DNA from: Nannocystales bacterium
Lineage (GTDB): Bacteria > Myxococcota_A > Polyangia > Nannocystales > Nannocystaceae
Reading direction: 5' to 3'
NCBI GenBank assembly: GCA_050633305.1
Contig: JBOEGF010000010.1
Location: 512,001 to 576,000 of the forward strand
DNA: 64,000 bases
This document shows positions 48,437-57,519 of this stretch, in pieces. The position numbers and the translations under genes were made by a program. The notes beneath the pieces were generated by a model, which was not told the origin of the DNA, ran no database searches, and was given only the letters and a program-made list of their open reading frames with translations. Position 1 is the stretch's first letter; each line of letters begins with the position of its first letter.

Positions 48437-49957
48437 TCAGAGCGAGTCGATGAACGCGTGAAGGTCGAGGCGGGCGGATTCGGGGAGCAAGAGATACGCA
48501 GCCCGCGAAGCCTCTGCCTCCCCGCCGTGCCAGACCACGGCCTCTGCCAGGGAGCGTGCGCGGCCGTCGTGAAGAAGACGTCGTCCCCCATGGACGGTGT
48601 GCAGTAGCCCGACGCTCCAAAGCGGTGCGGTCCGCCACTCTGCCGGGCTCGCGTCGCCCTCAGCGCCGCCTTGGCTGAGGTCGGGCCCCAGGTCGTGCAG
48701 CAGGAGGTCCGTGTACGGCCAGATCGTCTGCCCTTCGAGCTCGGGTTCGAGCGCCGGACCCGTCACAAAGGATGGCCGGTGGCACTGAGCGCATCCGACC
48801 TCGTGGAAGACCGTCTTTCCACGAAGGACGTCCTCCCGATCTCCACCTCGCCGCGCAGGGACGCCCAAGAGCCGAACGTACGCGGCCGTCACATCGAGCC
48901 GGACGGCGGGAAGCTCCGGTGAACCTCCCGTGGGTGCGGAGGCGCAACTCGACTGCGATCTCGGGCAGTTCTCGGTCGGATGAAGCTCCGTGGTGATGCC
49001 AAGGTCTCCTGCGAAGGCAGCCGCGACTTGGGCTCGAACGGTTGGCTGCGATGCTTTCCACCCAAAACGTCCGACGACGCCTCCGATGCGAGAGACTCGG
49101 CCCGTGACACCGTCCGCGTCCGCATCGTCGGGGTCAGCCCAGGCTTCGAGGGCCGCCTCGGGAACGGCTTCCAGCAACCCCATGCCCACCAGTTGCATGG
49201 AGACCCGCGGCGACACGAGCGTCGCGGAGTCCAGCGCCCCCAGGACCCCAGGCGTGATGTTGGGGCTGAGCGACTGTGGCTCGATGAAGCCCCCATCGAT
49301 CGCGACCGACCGTTCCCGGTGGACCGACCAGCTGACCTGTCCCTCGGACGGGACGCCCGCGATGCTTCGCGGCTGAAGTTGGCCCCCGAGTCTTGGATCC
49401 GGTGTTCCGTCGAGGCTGCTCAGCCTCAGGAGCACGGCAACGGACGACTCGTCGTCTAGGGGAGTCAGCCCGCGTCCGTTGCGAGTGTGGCACTCCAGAC
49501 ACGAGGCCGCGTTGAACGTGGGGCCCAGGCCGTCGAGTTCTGGTGTGGCGGGCGCGACCTCCCAATCAAGTCGAAAGAACTGCAGGCCGGCTTGGAACGC
49601 CGCGCGACGCTCGAGTCCTAGATTCGCGGCTTCCTGGACGAACGCGCCGATGCCTGCTTCGTCGACCGTCGTGTCCCCGCCGGGGCGAAGCTCGCCGGGC
49701 TCGAGCTCAGCGCGTGGCGGAATGTCGAGCCCTCCAGAGGACTCGCCGAGCTGGCCTGTGTCGTGCCCGGGCCCTTGGGTCGTCGTGGACCCGGAGGTTG
49801 CCAGGGAGGTTGCCGTGCTCGCATGGCTTCCCGTGCTCGTGCTGCCTCGACCAGGTTGCGGAGCAGCCGAGGGCGGACCGCCACACCCGGGCACCGTCGC
49901 CCAAGCCGCGACCCCTAATCGCCAGCAAAGACCAAGATCGGAGCGCTGTAGGCCCAC
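48437..49957 (-). CDS. Di-heme oxidoreductase family (DHOR/DUF1111) lipoprotein
   Basis: DGLGPTFNAASCLECH, GRFGWKA, GCAQCH, YTDLLLHD, EWRTAPLW, LHDGRAR. Confidence 0.92.
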   Translation of the reverse strand: MGLQRSDLGLCWRLGVAAWATVPGCGGPPSAAPQPGRGSTSTGSHASTATSLATSGSTTTQGPGHDTGQLGESSGGLDIPPRAELEPGELRPGGDTTVDEAGIGAFVQEAANLGLERRAAFQAGLQFFRLDWEVAPATPELDGLGPTFNAASCLECHTRNGRGLTPLDDESSVAVLLRLSSLDGTPDPRLGGQLQPRSIAGVPSEGQVSWSVHRERSVAIDGGFIEPQSLSPNITPGVLGALDSATLVSPRVSMQLVGMGLLEAVPEAALEAWADPDDADADGVTGRVSRIGGVVGRFGWKASQPTVRAQVAAAFAGDLGITTELHPTENCPRSQSSCASAPTGGSPELPAVRLDVTAAYVRLLGVPARRGGDREDVLRGKTVFHEVGCAQCHRPSFVTGPALEPELEGQTIWPYTDLLLHDLGPDLSQGGAEGDASPAEWRTAPLWSVGLLHTVHGGRRLLHDGRARSLAEAVVWHGGEAEASRAAYLLLPESARLDLHAFIDSL

Positions 49958-51633
49958 GCGTTGATGGCTCCTTCCAGGCCCAGTGATCCTCGAAAACTCC
50001 AGCCCCAGCCAAACAGGTCTCCGTCCTCACTGAGTGCCAGCGACGGCCCCCCGGCACCGCCCTCGAGTTCGAGGATGTCGAACATCCGTGCGTCCTCACG
50101 ATCGACTTCGACCTCAGACGCGACCAGGCGGTCCGCGAGGTCTCGCTCGCCGTCCTTGCCGAAGCCCTGGCCGAGCTGGCCCAACGCGCCGAGGCCCCAG
50201 GCGTAGACATGCCCGTCCGCTGTGAGGGCCAACCCCACGAAACCATCACCACTGACGGAGACCACGTCTGCGAGAGACTCTCCGTCCACCGTGACGACGG
50301 GGCTTGGGGATAGAACGTCGACCCCGCTTTCGTCGTCGACGCCTGCTTGCCCCGCGTGGTTGCGGCCCCAGGCCAGGAGCGTCCCATTGGCAAGCAACGC
50401 AAACGCCGTCGTGTTCGCCGCGGCAACGTGAACGACGTCGGTCATGTTGGAGATGAGCGTGGGAACAGGGTGGGCATCGCCATCTGCGTTGCCCAGACCG
50501 AGCTGTCCGCGGTCGTTCTCGCCCCACGCGTAGACTCGCCCCTCGGCCGTCAGTGCGTACGAGACGTCCGAGCCCGCAGCCACCTGGATGATGTCGGACA
50601 GCCCATCGATGGCGGCGGGTTGCATCCGAGGGACGCCCCCTGTGTCCGAGCCGAGTTGGCCGTAAAGGTTGTCGCCGAACGTCCAGACCGAACCATCGGC
50701 GTGAAGGACGAGTGAGTGGTCGAACCCAGCGTTGATGGCGATGGCGTTATCGAGGCCCGGGATGGGGGCGGGTGTTCGTCCGCAGGCACTCGTTCCACTG
50801 TTGCCGCAGTCCGACTCGCTCTCGCGACCCAGTTGCCCGCTTCCATTGCTGCCCCACGACAGAACTTGTCCGTCCTCGCGCAGGCCGAGCATGAATGTCT
50901 GGCGGGTCACCACGCTGACCAGCCCATCGACATCCGCCGCGTAGCGAACCGGAAGGCCGGCTGTCTCAGGGTCGTCGCCCCAGCCGGAGCCTTCGAGCGT
51001 GCCATTGCCCAGCTGACCGAGCTCGTTGCGACCCCACGTGTAGAGCACACCATCCCGGATGAATGCGGCTTGCGAGTTGCCCACCGAGACGCGGTGCCCG
51101 AAGTGCACGCTGGCCTCGGCGACCCCTTCGTTGCCCGCGTTGTCGGTGCCGATGAGGCTGTAGGTTTGGGTGCCAGGCGTCAGCGAGGCCCGAAACGCAA
51201 ACGTACCGTCTTCGTCCACCTCCACCTCGACCGGTCCCTCGCCGCCGTCGAAGCTGAGTGTGTCGATGCCGGAAGGGTCGTCGGAAACGGTGCCCTCGAA
51301 CGTCCAAACCGCAGTCGCAACCGAAGCGCCGTCTCGCGGAGCGGTGAGCACGATCACGGGGGCGGTCTCGTCTTGGATGCCTGTTTCGGTCGCAGTGCTG
51401 GTCCTCTCGCCGGCTTCAGAGTCATCGTCCTCCGTGGTTCCTCCCGTCGTCGGCGACGTGGTGGTGCCGCCCGGGCTGCCGGTCCCTGGCGTCGTTGGGG
51501 CACTCCCGCCGGATGTCGTCGACGAGCCGCCACTCGACGTTTCGGTGTCGGCCGCGCTGAGGGGGTCCGCGGAACAGCTGAACGCCATCGGGCACCACAG
51601 GAGCAGTGCGCCGAGGATTGAGTTCGTCTTCAC
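49915..51633 (-). CDS. RCC1-repeat + Ig-like lipoprotein
   Basis: Repeated WGxNxxGQLG units; DETAP..GTDNAGN Ig-like domain; signal ending in AFSC. Confidence 0.85.
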   Translation of the reverse strand: MKTNSILGALLLWCPMAFSCSADPLSAADTETSSGGSSTTSGGSAPTTPGTGSPGGTTTSPTTGGTTEDDDSEAGERTSTATETGIQDETAPVIVLTAPRDGASVATAVWTFEGTVSDDPSGIDTLSFDGGEGPVEVEVDEDGTFAFRASLTPGTQTYSLIGTDNAGNEGVAEASVHFGHRVSVGNSQAAFIRDGVLYTWGRNELGQLGNGTLEGSGWGDDPETAGLPVRYAADVDGLVSVVTRQTFMLGLREDGQVLSWGSNGSGQLGRESESDCGNSGTSACGRTPAPIPGLDNAIAINAGFDHSLVLHADGSVWTFGDNLYGQLGSDTGGVPRMQPAAIDGLSDIIQVAAGSDVSYALTAEGRVYAWGENDRGQLGLGNADGDAHPVPTLISNMTDVVHVAAANTTAFALLANGTLLAWGRNHAGQAGVDDESGVDVLSPSPVVTVDGESLADVVSVSGDGFVGLALTADGHVYAWGLGALGQLGQGFGKDGERDLADRLVASEVEVDREDARMFDILELEGGAGGPSLALSEDGDLFGWGWSFRGSLGLEGAINAWAYSAPILVFAGD

Positions 51634-51653
51634 CAGCGTGGAATGCAATTGTT

Positions 51654-51672
51654 GAAAGGGAAAGTCAAAATC
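51654..51672. promoter_or_regulatory. Fur-box-like site
   Basis: GAAAGGGAAAGTCAAAATC (12/19) in an AT-rich patch about 20 nt upstream of the RCC1-DHOR operon. Confidence 0.5.
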
Positions 51673-51964
51673 AATTAAGCGGTGCCGAGTCAATCCAGGT
51701 CGGGTTGCTGTCTCGTCGATGCGGGCAGGGTCGCGGTTCGTCGGTCTCCTGGCTCATCCGGCCAACGATCCGTTGCGACGCGTTCACAGGCTGAGAGCGT
51801 CGCATCCCACGGCAATGGCCGCGATATTCCACCGCGGGGAACGGCCGACACCGGGTTCCGCGGAAAGCGCAAGTTGGTCACAGTGTGGACCGGCCGAACG
51901 CGAGCGCGTTCAGCCGGACGTGTTCAGCTCATCCGGCCCGACGACGAGCGGCAACCTCTCGCGC

Positions 51965-53254
51965 CTACCTCGGGAGCCAGCTGCACATCGCGTCGATGGC
52001 TGCGGTGACCCGAGGACAGTGCTTGCGCAGGAACCCCTCGGTAATCGCCGCCTCACGAGGGAGTTCGGCGACTGCATCCAGGGCGGCCTGCCCGTCGAAG
52101 TCAACGTAGGCGAGGCGGGCGGTGAGCTCCGAAGCGGGTCGTCCGAACTCGGAGCCTGGGAGAATCGCGACCCCGGCCTCGTCGAGCAGAGCACTGCAGA
52201 TGCTGGTGGAGTCGAAGATCCCGCGGCCCGCGAGTGGTTGCTGGAACGCGGAGAAGTCAGGGAACAGGTAGAAGCCGCCGGTGGGCGAGGCGCACCGAAT
52301 CCCCGCGGCGGTGAGGGTGCGATGGCACCAGCGACCGAGCGCACCGAGGATTCTCCGTGAGCGGACGAGGTACTCTTCGATCTCGTCGCTTTGCTGGAAC
52401 GCGGTGACCCCGGCGTATTGGATCGGGGCGCTTGTCGAGGTGTACGTCTCGCTCGCGGCCGCGGCCATCGCATCCTGCAGCCAGCGCATATCGGGCGGAA
52501 AGAGGAACGTTCCCAGCCGCCAGCCCCCTGCGCCACACCATTTCGACAGCCCCGCGGAGACGATGGTGCCCTCGGGATAGAATCGTGCGATCGACACGTG
52601 CTGGCCCTTGTGGTGCAGCTCGCCGTAGATCTCATCGGAGAGCATGACGATCCGGTACTTCTTCGCGACCTTGGCCAGAGCCCGAAGGTCGTCGAGGCGG
52701 TACGTGCCGCCCGTCGGGTTGGACGGGTAGTTGAGGATGATCAGGCGTGGGCGGTCCGGATCCTGGGCGCAGAACGCCTCGAGTCGAGCGGGACTGAGCT
52801 GCCAGCCGTCGGCCTGCGATGTCTCGAGCAGTTCAACACGTCGGCCGATGATGCGAGCCTGCGGCGCGTATGACACCCACGCCGGGGTTGGGATGACCAG
52901 GTCGCCGTAGTAGGTGAGCTGCAGCAAGAACATCAGCTCCTTGCTGCCCGGGCCAATGAGGACATCGTCCCCCGTGCGCTCGATGCCGTCGGTGCGGTGG
53001 TGGTACGCGGCCACCGCATCGCGCAGCGCTCGTAGCCCGCACACAGGCAAGTAGTCCTTCTCGTGCGCGTGGTCCCGCAGCGCTTGCACCACGGGGGCGG
53101 CGACGGGGAAGGGCGATTGTCCGAGGCCGAGCTTGAAGACCTGGCGCCCTTCGGCGATCAGTGCGTTGGACCGCTCGTTGATCGCGACCGTCGCGGATTG
53201 CTTCATGCCTCGCACATTGAGGTTGAGGTGTGCGTACGGCGTGGCCTTCTGCAT
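51965..53254 (-). CDS. Class I/II PLP aminotransferase (aspartate aminotransferase-like)
   Basis: GPGSKE, NYPSNPTG, SDEIY, SKWCGAGGWRLG. Confidence 0.92.
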   Translation of the reverse strand: MQKATPYAHLNLNVRGMKQSATVAINERSNALIAEGRQVFKLGLGQSPFPVAAPVVQALRDHAHEKDYLPVCGLRALRDAVAAYHHRTDGIERTGDDVLIGPGSKELMFLLQLTYYGDLVIPTPAWVSYAPQARIIGRRVELLETSQADGWQLSPARLEAFCAQDPDRPRLIILNYPSNPTGGTYRLDDLRALAKVAKKYRIVMLSDEIYGELHHKGQHVSIARFYPEGTIVSAGLSKWCGAGGWRLGTFLFPPDMRWLQDAMAAAASETYTSTSAPIQYAGVTAFQQSDEIEEYLVRSRRILGALGRWCHRTLTAAGIRCASPTGGFYLFPDFSAFQQPLAGRGIFDSTSICSALLDEAGVAILPGSEFGRPASELTARLAYVDFDGQAALDAVAELPREAAITEGFLRKHCPRVTAAIDAMCSWLPR

Positions 53255-53369
53255 TGCCAACCAACGGTAGCTGCTTCTTACGGTGCGTCCAAGTGATCAG
53301 CCGACGAGGATGTCGGCGTGACTGCGTATCACCCCGCCGTGGTCCCGCGGGCAAACCCCGACTTGGGTC

Positions 53370-55718
53370 CTAGGCTACGCGCGGACGCTTTCGTCGACGG
53401 AGGGGCGCGAGCAAGAGGAGCAGCAGAGGGCCCCACCCGGAGCTCCCGCCTGTGCGGCAGCCCAGCGTCTCGGGATCCGGGCCAGTCTCGCCTTGGTCGG
53501 ACTCCGCTTTTTCGCTTGCGGACGCAGTTGCAGGTGTGCCGGGCTTGACCGGGCCCACAGGACCCGTGGCTTTCTTGCGTGCCCCGGCATCGGCTTGTTC
53601 GCGGAGCCCCAGCTCATCGATGATGTTCGAGGCGCCGTAGACATCATCGATGAGCCACAGGATGTAGCGGATGTCGACGATGACGTTGCGGCTGCGATCG
53701 ATGGCGTACCCGAAGTCGCCCGCGATGTTCTCCCAGACCCGGTCGAAGTTCAGCCCGACCCAACGGCCCTGTCCATCGACCACCGGGCTGCCGGAGTTCC
53801 CCCCAGTCGTGTCCCCGGAGGCGAGGAAGCACACCGGAACATCGCCAAGCTCCGGCTGCGCCCAGAACGTATCGGCGGCAGCGGGGGCGGCATCTCGGAC
53901 GGCCTTGGGCAGGTCGAAGGGATCCTCGCCCGTGTGCTTGGCGACCTGCCCCGACACGGTTGTGTGCGGGGTGGCGAGCAGGCCTTCTTGTGGACTGTAG
54001 CCGCGGACGGTGGCGTAGCTGAACCGCATCGTCCCGTTGGCGTCCGGGTATACCGGACCTTGTCGGACGGCTTTGGTCATGTCGAAGTACAGCGGGCCCA
54101 GGACAAGCTCGCGGCCTTCACGGTCTTTCTTGCGCAACTCGAGGGCCTCGATCTCCTCGGTGACGTCGCGAGCCCAGACGATGAGCGGGTCCGTGCTGGC
54201 TTGAATCGCGTCCCAGTCGGCCGCATCGAACGCCGCCTTGACGAAATCGGCATCGATGATCTTGGTGGAGGCGAACATCGCGGAGACGCCTGCCTCATCG
54301 AGCGCCGTGAAGCGCTGGGCCTCGGGCATGGTCTGTACCCAACGGATCAGGATCCGCAACATGCCTTCGTCCACAGCCGCATCGTGGTCGCGCAGACGTC
54401 GCTCCATGGCAGACCACAGCTTGGCTTGGCCTCGGTCACGGTAGGCACCCACGCGCTCGAGGTCGGGCTTCGTTCGTTCCTTCGCACGGCGCACGAGGTC
54501 GATCGCGATCGCGACCGCGTTGCCCGCTCGCTTGACGCTTCCGACCGCATAGTCCCGGCCGAACTGGGCGCGACGTTCCTCGGAGAGCGCACCCAGGTCG
54601 GGCAGCACGTTGCCGTACTTTGCATCGCCGGAACTCGCCCACTTCGCAAGCGCGGCGTCCTCGGTCTTCCGACGGTCGAGCAGCCCCAGGCGGCGAATCC
54701 CGTCGAGCATGCCGCGGCTGTTCTTGTGTACGTTGGCCAGCCTCCGCAGGGTGGCGGCAACCTTGATCTTGACCGCAGGGTCTTGGGCACCCTTCTCGGT
54801 CAGAAGGTCGATCCATTGACCGTACAGGTCCACCTTGGCGGGCAGCGCTTGCTCGACTTGGCGCTCGACCTCAGGCAACGGAAGGTATCGGTCGGTGTGT
54901 CCGGGGAAGCCCATCACGGACACGAAGTCCCCCTCGTCCACGCCGGTGGGGTTGATGTCGAGCCAGCGCTCGGGCTCGAGCGGTTCGTTGTCCTGTGCGT
55001 AGTCGGCCGGCTTTCCGTCGGGGCCCGCGTACACGCGCAGCAGCGTGAAGTCACCTGAGTGGCGCGGCCACATCCAGTTGTCGACCTCGCCGCCGTAGTT
55101 TCCGACCATCGAGGGCGGGGCAAACACCACGCGCACGTCCTTGTACTCCAGGTAGTCGAACAGCTGGAAAACGCTGCCGCTGTAGAAACTGCGGACCGTG
55201 CAGCTGTGCCCCTCTCCGGCTGCTTCACATGCGTCGATGAGCTGTTTGGTCGTAGCTTCGACCGCCTTGGCTCGCGCCACAGCATCCTTCGCGCCGTCAA
55301 GCGACGCCCGAACCTCGCCCGAGACGTCCTTGATCTGCTGCAACACCTTGACGGTGCGTCCCTTCGCGCGCAGCTCGTCGGTCAGGGTCTTCGCAACAAA
55401 CCCGTCTGTGAGGTAGTCGTGGTCGACCGAGCTGTTGGCCTGAATCGCACCGTAGGCGCAGTGGTGGTTGGTCGCGACCAGGCCGCGCTCGGACACGAAG
55501 CCCGCCGAGCATCCTGAGAGGTTGACGATGGCTTTCATCAGCCCTCCGTCGGTCTCATTCCAGATGTCCTTGGGCTCGAGCTCCAGGCCCATCTTCGTCA
55601 GTTCAGCGGCGTCGAGCTCCCCGATCTGCTTGGGCATCCACTGGCCCTCTTCGGCGGCAGACGTGGAGGGAACGAGGCTCGCGAGGAGCAGACCGAGGAA
55701 GGCCGCGGGGCGTCGCAT
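53370..55718 (-). CDS. S46 family dipeptidyl peptidase with MYXO-CTERM
   Basis: EEGQWMP, TNHHC, DNWMWPRH, YPDAN, DTTGGNSGSP; LGCRTGG + TM helix + RRRKR. Confidence 0.92.
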   Translation of the reverse strand: MRRPAAFLGLLLASLVPSTSAAEEGQWMPKQIGELDAAELTKMGLELEPKDIWNETDGGLMKAIVNLSGCSAGFVSERGLVATNHHCAYGAIQANSSVDHDYLTDGFVAKTLTDELRAKGRTVKVLQQIKDVSGEVRASLDGAKDAVARAKAVEATTKQLIDACEAAGEGHSCTVRSFYSGSVFQLFDYLEYKDVRVVFAPPSMVGNYGGEVDNWMWPRHSGDFTLLRVYAGPDGKPADYAQDNEPLEPERWLDINPTGVDEGDFVSVMGFPGHTDRYLPLPEVERQVEQALPAKVDLYGQWIDLLTEKGAQDPAVKIKVAATLRRLANVHKNSRGMLDGIRRLGLLDRRKTEDAALAKWASSGDAKYGNVLPDLGALSEERRAQFGRDYAVGSVKRAGNAVAIAIDLVRRAKERTKPDLERVGAYRDRGQAKLWSAMERRLRDHDAAVDEGMLRILIRWVQTMPEAQRFTALDEAGVSAMFASTKIIDADFVKAAFDAADWDAIQASTDPLIVWARDVTEEIEALELRKKDREGRELVLGPLYFDMTKAVRQGPVYPDANGTMRFSYATVRGYSPQEGLLATPHTTVSGQVAKHTGEDPFDLPKAVRDAAPAAADTFWAQPELGDVPVCFLASGDTTGGNSGSPVVDGQGRWVGLNFDRVWENIAGDFGYAIDRSRNVIVDIRYILWLIDDVYGASNIIDELGLREQADAGARKKATGPVGPVKPGTPATASASEKAESDQGETGPDPETLGCRTGGSSGWGPLLLLLLAPLRRRKRPRVA

Positions 55719-56108
55719 GCGGCGGCCTTCGTACCACGTCCGCGAGGAAGGGGCACTGGAGACCGCGGACGCTACTTGCGGACAAGCTCTAGTTCTGGGC
55801 TGTCTGGGCTCCGACAGTTCCACCCTGCGCCGAAGAGGTCCTCCCCCTCGTCGACACCGTTGCTTGGGTCGGTGACGCAGCCCGTGGTCACCGCGGCTGC
55901 GACGGTCCAGGAGAGCGAGGCGGTGGCAGGTCGTAGAGACGACCGATGGAATGAAGGGTCATGTCGCGGTGGACGAGCGAAGCTTCAGTTCGACTACGCT
56001 TCTCTTGAACTCGCCAAGCCCGATCTCGATGAGGGCCGAGCTCCGCCGGAGCGCTGCACGGCCGGGCAAGGTGTTCAGCGTGCCGGCGGTCCGATGTCCG
56101 CGGAAGGG

Positions 56109-56945
56109 TCAGCACCCGTTTCCCGGCCACGGGTCCCCGGGGCATTTCGGCTCGCAGACGTCGTCCACGATCGCGGCGCTCAGACTCTCGTTGTCCGACA
56201 CGGAGCACTCTCCGCCAATGAACAGGATGGCGGCGAGTCCCTCCGACGCAATGTCGCTCAGCCTCGGGTTGAGGCGAATCTCCAGGTCGTCGAAGGTGCC
56301 GACGAAAGCCTGCAGACCGCTGATGCTCTCGAGGGATTCGTTCGCCACAATCCGCAGGGAGGCCGGCGTCTGCTCGAGCAGGTCCAGGGTGTTGAAGTCG
56401 GCCAGGGCGGCGTTGTTCGAGACGGTCAGCGTGCCGCCGGGCCCCAGCGGTCCGTCGGGCAACGCACCGATCGCCGCGATGTTGTCCAAGCCCGTGACGT
56501 CGATCAGTTGTGCGTTTCGTTCGAGCGCGAGGTCGTGCCCGACGCTCTCCAGACAAGCCAGAAAACTCAGGCACTCGAAGTCGCTGTCCGAGACGGAGAG
56601 CCGGCCCGAGATGCTCGTGTAGCCCATGATCTCCGCGATATCCTCCGGCGCGGAGAGGGCGAGGGAACCGTCGAAAACCCCTCGGTCGCACGAAACGGGA
56701 ACGTCACACGAGTGCAACGCGGGTTCACCCGAGCTGTCGCCGGTCACTGTGTCGCCTCCAGGCGAACTGCCGCCGGTCTCTTCGAGACCTCCGCTGGAGC
56801 TCGGAGAGGTCGCGTCGGCGGCCGTCGTTTCCGCCCCGCCGCTCGAGTTCGACGCTGCGTCCTCGGTGTTGCCACTTGAGACGACCGGACCACATGCGAC
56901 GCCTGAGAGGAGGGCCGCGGTGATCGCAGTCGCACGACGGTTCAC
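56109..56945 (-). CDS. Lipoprotein with receptor-L-domain-like repeats
   Basis: GVAC lipobox; repeated L.I..N..L..I.GL units. Confidence 0.75.
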   Translation of the reverse strand: MNRRATAITAALLSGVACGPVVSSGNTEDAASNSSGGAETTAADATSPSSSGGLEETGGSSPGGDTVTGDSSGEPALHSCDVPVSCDRGVFDGSLALSAPEDIAEIMGYTSISGRLSVSDSDFECLSFLACLESVGHDLALERNAQLIDVTGLDNIAAIGALPDGPLGPGGTLTVSNNAALADFNTLDLLEQTPASLRIVANESLESISGLQAFVGTFDDLEIRLNPRLSDIASEGLAAILFIGGECSVSDNESLSAAIVDDVCEPKCPGDPWPGNGC

Positions 56946-57519
56946 CGGGTGAGGCTACCATTCACTCCCCATGCGTCCCGGCCCGCAGGGCGTGTCTCTA
57001 CCGCTCGCCGGCCATTGCCCAACGGCTGGGAAGAACGCTGGCCGACTGCGGCTGTTCTCGACAGGGCGCTTGCGGCGTCGCACCGCTGCTGCGTTTGGCC
57101 TGGCCAGAGTCAGACAACCGTGCGGGCGTGAAACGTCACGGGCGGCCGCCTGTACCCACTGGGGGCGTTTTCGGTGTCATGCGATTGGCCCGGCTCGAGC
57201 CGAACCTCTTGCGTGGCGACACCGCACGGGCGCGAAGGCGGTGTGCCGGAGTCGGCGCGGACACGACCGGGCAACCTGAAGGCGTCTACACCGGGCTGGC
57301 TTCACCGCGACCTGCCTTCGCGTCCCAGCAACGTCGAGGGTCCCGGCCTCGGAGCCGTGTTCGATGGTTGTGTGTGATACGAGCGGGGCCAGACGGCGGT
57401 CCTGGGCCTTGCGCTCCACCTTGACGGGTCACAGGGGGGGTCCCGTTCTCCATCTCTTCGTGGAACACTGCGCGGGGCCGGGCGTGTCAGTGTCTGGTCC
57501 GAGCAGGACCGTTTCACGC

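Noticed and set aside
56946..57519. 575-nt intergenic region as an ncRNA or riboswitch
   Set aside because: Only generic GC hairpins and no recognisable family; an Rfam scan would be needed
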